NCBI GenBank assembly: GCA_963719315.1
Contig: CAVRBU010000004.1
Span: forward strand, 672,001-736,000
Source of the DNA: an uncultured Planctomycetota bacterium
GTDB lineage: Bacteria; Planctomycetota; Planctomycetia; Pirellulales; Lacipirellulaceae
Length of the DNA stretch: 64,000 nt
Direction of reading: 5' to 3'
Shown here: positions 60,013 to 64,000 of the stretch, piece after piece
How the letters are laid out: every line of letters begins with the position of its first letter
Numbering within the stretch: position 1 is the first letter of the stretch
Made by a program: the position numbers and the translations under genes
The notes under the pieces: generated by a model
What the model was told of the DNA's origin: nothing
The model's database searches: none
Seen by the model: the letters and a program-made list of their open reading frames with translations, nothing else

Positions 60013-61464
60013 ATGGAACTGAAGCGAACCGACGTTCTGATCAAGCCGAACAACGCGCGGGTGTTGGTTCGCCCGTTTGAATTTGCGGATTCGCAACGGG
60101 CTTTGCGGATCGTGGCGCGTGTGATGTCGCTTACCGAGGAAGAAGTGGATCACCTCGTCAGCGATCTGTTCACCGAATTTCATGGCCGGCATCAAAAGGC
60201 CCGCCAATTCATTCTGAACCGCTACGAGTATGCGCGGCAGTTTCTATTGACCGACGCGCCGCTGAGCGAAAATCGTCAGTTGCTGCTCGGCGGTTATTTC
60301 ACGCAGGAATATGCCTTGGAGTCCGCGGCACTGTTCAATCCTTCGATGGTTTGGCATTTCGATCAATCGAACGTGGCGGAAGGTTCGAAACGATTCATCC
60401 TCAGCTTGCGGGCGACCGGCGAAGGACACGTATCGTCTATCACATTTCGATCGGGAACGATCGACGCCAATTGCGGCATCGCACTCGACCCGACTCCGCG
60501 GTTCGTGACGACTCCGGATATGGAGGCCAACACGCAGTACGAAAAGGTTTTGTTTCAACGGAAGCTGATCGAACTGGGCTTCACGAACGGTTTCGTCGAG
60601 CAAGTCATGTCGCAATTGGACGATGGTTTTTCGTTCGAACAATTGAAATCCGCGGTCAACGTGGTTCGTCGGCAACAACGGAATCGCTTGAATGAATTCG
60701 ATGTCGTCGCGAATGCCATACTGGCGTTGGGCAAATCGAACTACGAATTCACGTTTTCGCCTGAGCAGAGCTTGGCGGAGCGGGCAATTTTTCCGTATTC
60801 GCCGTCGCAAACGAACGGCATTGAGGATTCTCGCTTCGTGCAATTCCATGACGACGATGGCACAGTCCGCTACTATGCGACGCACACCGCTTTTGATGGG
60901 CGCGTCACGCTGCCGGAGTTGTTGGAGACCTCGGACTTCTTGCGGTTTCGGATCAGCACGCTCAACGGTCCCGAAATCCGCAATAAAGGCCTCGCATTGT
61001 TTCCCCGCAAGATCAATGGGCTGTACGCCATGCTTTCGCGGCAGGACGGCGAAAACATTTTCATCATGTATTCCGACATGCTTCACTTCTGGTACACGAA
61101 GCAGCTCATCGCCAAGCCGACCTACCCCTGGGAATTCGTGCAACTCGGCAATTGCGGCTCGCCGATCGAGACCGAGGCGGGTTGGCTCGTGCTGACGCAC
61201 GGCGTCGGGCCCATGCGGAAGTATTCGATGGGGGCGTTCCTTTTGGACCTCGAAGATCCGACGCGCGTCATTGGGCGATTGCCCGAGCCTCTATTCGCGC
61301 CCAACGAAAATGAGCGCGAAGGGTACGTGCCGAACGTGGTCTATAGTTGCGGCGGCGTCGTTCACAACGGGCAACTCATTATTCCCTACGCGATGAGCGA
61401 TTACGCCAGCACGTTCGCCACCGTATCGCTCCATTGCCTTCTGAAGCGACTAAAGGCGAGCTAA
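60013..61464 (+). CDS. GH130 family protein (long form)
   Basis: ALFNPS, SLRATGEGHVSSI, GIEDSRFV, NKGLALFPRKI, GNCGSPIET..GWLVLTHGVG, REGYVPNVVYSCG. Confidence 0.85.
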   Translation: MELKRTDVLIKPNNARVLVRPFEFADSQRALRIVARVMSLTEEEVDHLVSDLFTEFHGRHQKARQFILNRYEYARQFLLTDAPLSENRQLLLGGYFTQEYALESAALFNPSMVWHFDQSNVAEGSKRFILSLRATGEGHVSSITFRSGTIDANCGIALDPTPRFVTTPDMEANTQYEKVLFQRKLIELGFTNGFVEQVMSQLDDGFSFEQLKSAVNVVRRQQRNRLNEFDVVANAILALGKSNYEFTFSPEQSLAERAIFPYSPSQTNGIEDSRFVQFHDDDGTVRYYATHTAFDGRVTLPELLETSDFLRFRISTLNGPEIRNKGLALFPRKINGLYAMLSRQDGENIFIMYSDMLHFWYTKQLIAKPTYPWEFVQLGNCGSPIETEAGWLVLTHGVGPMRKYSMGAFLLDLEDPTRVIGRLPEPLFAPNENEREGYVPNVVYSCGGVVHNGQLIIPYAMSDYASTFATVSLHCLLKRLKAS

Positions 61465-61664
61465 GGCGCGATTTGGCATTCCGCCTATCTATATCGATCA
61501 ACCGCCGCGGCAAACTAATCCAGAAGATTGCCTGTCGGGAGTCGCCGCCCGGTCCAAAGTTGCCGCATCGATTGTTGACACGCAACCGTTTAAAATCGAC
61601 TATACTTCTGTGTTGAGGGGGCTTTTTGCTGACGACCGACCAAATCGAACGAAGGTACTCGATC

Positions 61665-62594
61665 ATGAGACCAAATTCGCCGGCATGTCGCACTTCAATT
61701 TGCTTGATCTTATCACTCTGTTTCTGGACTGGCATTGTGGCCCACACGAATTGCGCAATCGCAGACGAAGAGCCGCCGTCCGTACACGAAGTGGGACAAA
61801 TCAAGCTGAAGCACCTAAGGGAACTCTCCGGAATCGCTGCGAGCAAACAGAATCCGGGAGTGTTGTGGGTACACAACGACGGAAGCTCCAAGATGCTGTT
61901 CGCTGTCGATACGTCCGGCAAGCCGGTCGCACTCGTAAACTGGCCGGGTGAGATCGAGGATTTCGAGGATATCGCGATCGGTCCCGGACCGAAAACCGGC
62001 GTCGATTATCTCTACATAGGAGATATTGGCGATAACACCGAACGCCGCCGAGAAATCCGCGTCGTGCGCTTTGCCGAACCACAGCTATCCGAGGCGAGTG
62101 GCGGCCAAATTACCGTGGAAGCGGCGGAAATCTTTCGCCTGGTCTATCCCGACGGGGCTCGCAATGCAGAGGCTTTGATGGTCGATCCCCAAAGCGGCGA
62201 TCTCTTCATCGTGACCAAGGAGAAGCGAACCGCGCGGCTGTTTACCGTTCCTGCCTCGCAATTGAAAGACAACGCCGTACAAACTCTCGCGCTCGTCGCC
62301 AACTTGGATATTCGCAACGTCTCGGGCGGGGATATTTCGCGCGATGGGAGTCGGATCATTCTCCGCCGAGAAGATCAAGGTTGGTTGTGGAGTCGAGCCC
62401 AAAACCAAAGCGTTGCCGCGGCGCTTCGTGCGACTCCCCAAGAGGTTCCCGTGCGCGGCAATCGGCAGGGACGGAACGGCGAAGCGGTCTCCTTTAGTCC
62501 AGGTGGGCTAAACTACTTCACCGCCAGCGAAGGCAAGCAGCCGATCATCTGCGAGTTTCCGCTGCCAAAGCCGGCCCCTGCCCCAGCACAATAA
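61665..62594 (+). CDS. Secreted beta-propeller hypothetical protein (SdiA-regulated/phytase-like)
   Basis: Signal peptide; ELSGIAAS, WVHND, EDIA, LYIGDIGDN, NAEAL, GEAV, ASEG. Confidence 0.6.
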   Translation: MRPNSPACRTSICLILSLCFWTGIVAHTNCAIADEEPPSVHEVGQIKLKHLRELSGIAASKQNPGVLWVHNDGSSKMLFAVDTSGKPVALVNWPGEIEDFEDIAIGPGPKTGVDYLYIGDIGDNTERRREIRVVRFAEPQLSEASGGQITVEAAEIFRLVYPDGARNAEALMVDPQSGDLFIVTKEKRTARLFTVPASQLKDNAVQTLALVANLDIRNVSGGDISRDGSRIILRREDQGWLWSRAQNQSVAAALRATPQEVPVRGNRQGRNGEAVSFSPGGLNYFTASEGKQPIICEFPLPKPAPAPAQ

Positions 62595-62740
62595 ACTTTG
62601 TGCAGCGGACGGCCCCGCATCCCTTTCGGACAACCGGCAGCGGCTTCGTCTGGGCCGCCAGACTCGACTTCGCATGACGAACTCAAGGCCATTACCGGCG
62701 CCGAATTCTGGTAAGAGCGGGGGAGGAGATAATCTGGGAC

Positions 62741-62770
62741 TTGCAATTATGAAGATATCGTGTGTATACT
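62741..62770 (+). promoter_or_regulatory. Possible sigma70 promoter for the DUF1559 gene
   Basis: TTGCAA-18 nt-TATACT in an AT-rich stretch. Confidence 0.3.
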
Positions 62771-62869
62771 ATGATCTTTTGAGGTGCTGTTAAGTAAAAT
62801 TCATTCGGACTTGGGAATTATTTGGCTTGATATTTCGTTCTTGAAGCGCGAAACGATGATCTCTCGCGG

Positions 62870-63003
62870 CTAGTGCTTTGTCACAGCTTGATTTTGGGAT
62901 TAGCCGCGGGGCGCTAGCCCCCGGTTGGAGCTGCACAAACCGGGGGCTAGCGCCCTGCGGCTGATGCGCCCAACCCCAATTTTTAGCTGTGACAAAGCAC
63001 TAG
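62870..63003. mobile_element. 134-bp MITE-like element with CTAG termini and an internal REP-like doublet
   Basis: Perfect 19-bp IR CTAGTGCTTTGTCACAGCT / AGCTGTGACAAAGCACTAG; inner 28-bp IR 62899-62926 / 62938-62965 with 2 mismatches. Confidence 0.75.
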
Positions 63004-63028
63004 GCCTCCAACAAGGAGGAAAAATCAG

Positions 63029-63967
63029 ATGCGATGCAAACATCGGTTACCGGGCTTTACGCTCGTGGAACTTCTAGTGGTGATCGCAATCGTTGGCGTG
63101 TTGCTGGCGATATTGCTCCCTGCGGTGCAGGCCGCTCGCGAATCCTCCCGCCGCGCGGCTTGTCAGAACAACTTGCATCAAATTGCGATCGGGTTGACTT
63201 CGTACGAATCCGCGAAAGGCAGATGGCCGCCGGGAAAGAAGTGGTCGGGATCGCCGACTCATCCAGCTTCTTTTGAGATGGCCTGGTCTTCGTTCTTGCT
63301 GGGGTTCATCGAGGAGCAGCCGCTTCACGACGCCATCAACTACAAAGTGAAGTTCACCGATCCGATTAATTTGCCGGCGACGACGCAGCTCATTCCGACT
63401 TATCTCTGTCCGAGCACGTCGCGCGTCGAGGATCATCGCACCGAAGACGGTCACCTCTACGATCTCGGCGGCATTCCGGGCGAGGGCCTGGCGTGCATCG
63501 ACTATATGGGCATTTCCGGTCCCTTCAAGGACGCGAAAAACCCCCTCACGAAGGTGATCTACGGCCGGGAACGGGGCGTATTGATTGGCACCAAGGGATT
63601 GCCGAGGGCGCCCGAACTGATCGAGCCGCCTCCGATCAGATCGAAGGATATCGTGGACGGGCTGTCTCACACGATGTGCGTTGTCGAATGCACGGGCCGC
63701 GGCGTCGGTCTCAAGCACGGCGTGCTCGACAATTACAACGGCGCATGGGCTTCCGGCAACAACGTCACGCACATCGACGGAGGGGTTAACAAAAGCGCAA
63801 AAAAAGCCTGGTATATGGAGCGAATCTTCTCGGAGCATCCGGGCGGTTCGTACATCATAATGTGCGACGCATCCGTGCAGTTCCTCAGCGACAAGACGAG
63901 CAATAAGGTGATTCACTGGCTGGCCTCCCGCGACGGCAGTGAGGATTTACCGACAGACGTGTTTTGA
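63029..63967 (+). CDS. DUF1559 prepilin-type N-terminal cleavage/methylation protein
   Basis: GFTLVELLVVIAIVGVLLAILLPAVQAARESSRR..C.NN, YLCPS, DGLSHT, SEHPGG...CDASV. Confidence 0.95.
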   Translation: MRCKHRLPGFTLVELLVVIAIVGVLLAILLPAVQAARESSRRAACQNNLHQIAIGLTSYESAKGRWPPGKKWSGSPTHPASFEMAWSSFLLGFIEEQPLHDAINYKVKFTDPINLPATTQLIPTYLCPSTSRVEDHRTEDGHLYDLGGIPGEGLACIDYMGISGPFKDAKNPLTKVIYGRERGVLIGTKGLPRAPELIEPPPIRSKDIVDGLSHTMCVVECTGRGVGLKHGVLDNYNGAWASGNNVTHIDGGVNKSAKKAWYMERIFSEHPGGSYIIMCDASVQFLSDKTSNKVIHWLASRDGSEDLPTDVF

Positions 63968-64000
63968 GCGATTGGGATTTATTCGTGGCCGGGCAGCGAA

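Noticed and set aside
61575..61606. TTGACA...TATACT promoter
   Set aside because: Spacing is 20 nt, too long for a canonical sigma70 promoter

Overview
GC-rich bacterial window, almost certainly Planctomycetota and probably Pirellulales/Lacipirellulaceae. The evidence is a PEP-CTERM protein with a GDYNxNGxVDAADYVVWRK dockerin-like repeat, DUF1549/1553 plus DUF1501, DUF1559, PVC-type heme-binding dehydrogenases, four sulfatases and 'LExLExRxLLA' extracellular leaders. Main content in order: (1) a glycerol-3-phosphate locus with glpD divergent from glpP-HAD-glpT and an intrinsic terminator directly in front of glpD, i.e. a Bacillus-style GlpP antitermination circuit; (2) a DUF2961 hydrolase, rhodanese and amidase; (3) a ~1850-aa cytochrome c/WD40/DUF1549/DUF1553 protein plus DUF1501; (4) sulfatases and an esterase; (5) a small toxin-antitoxin 'graveyard' with an IS630; (6) a long minus-strand sugar-catabolic block with two PVC-type dehydrogenase plus ceramidase-like pairs, DUF1080, NagB-like, PIG-L and sulfatases; (7) an animal-type heme peroxidase and other secreted proteins around an ECF sigma/Ser-Thr kinase pair; (8) a Gfo-GH130-GT4 fusion-GH130 cluster. 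Intergenic DNA carries many REP-like doublets, two MITE-like elements that each contain a REP doublet, and 7-/9-mer repeats. About 12 frameshifts in seven otherwise intact genes are most likely long-read assembly errors. All family assignments come from motif recognition by eye; no database search was run.
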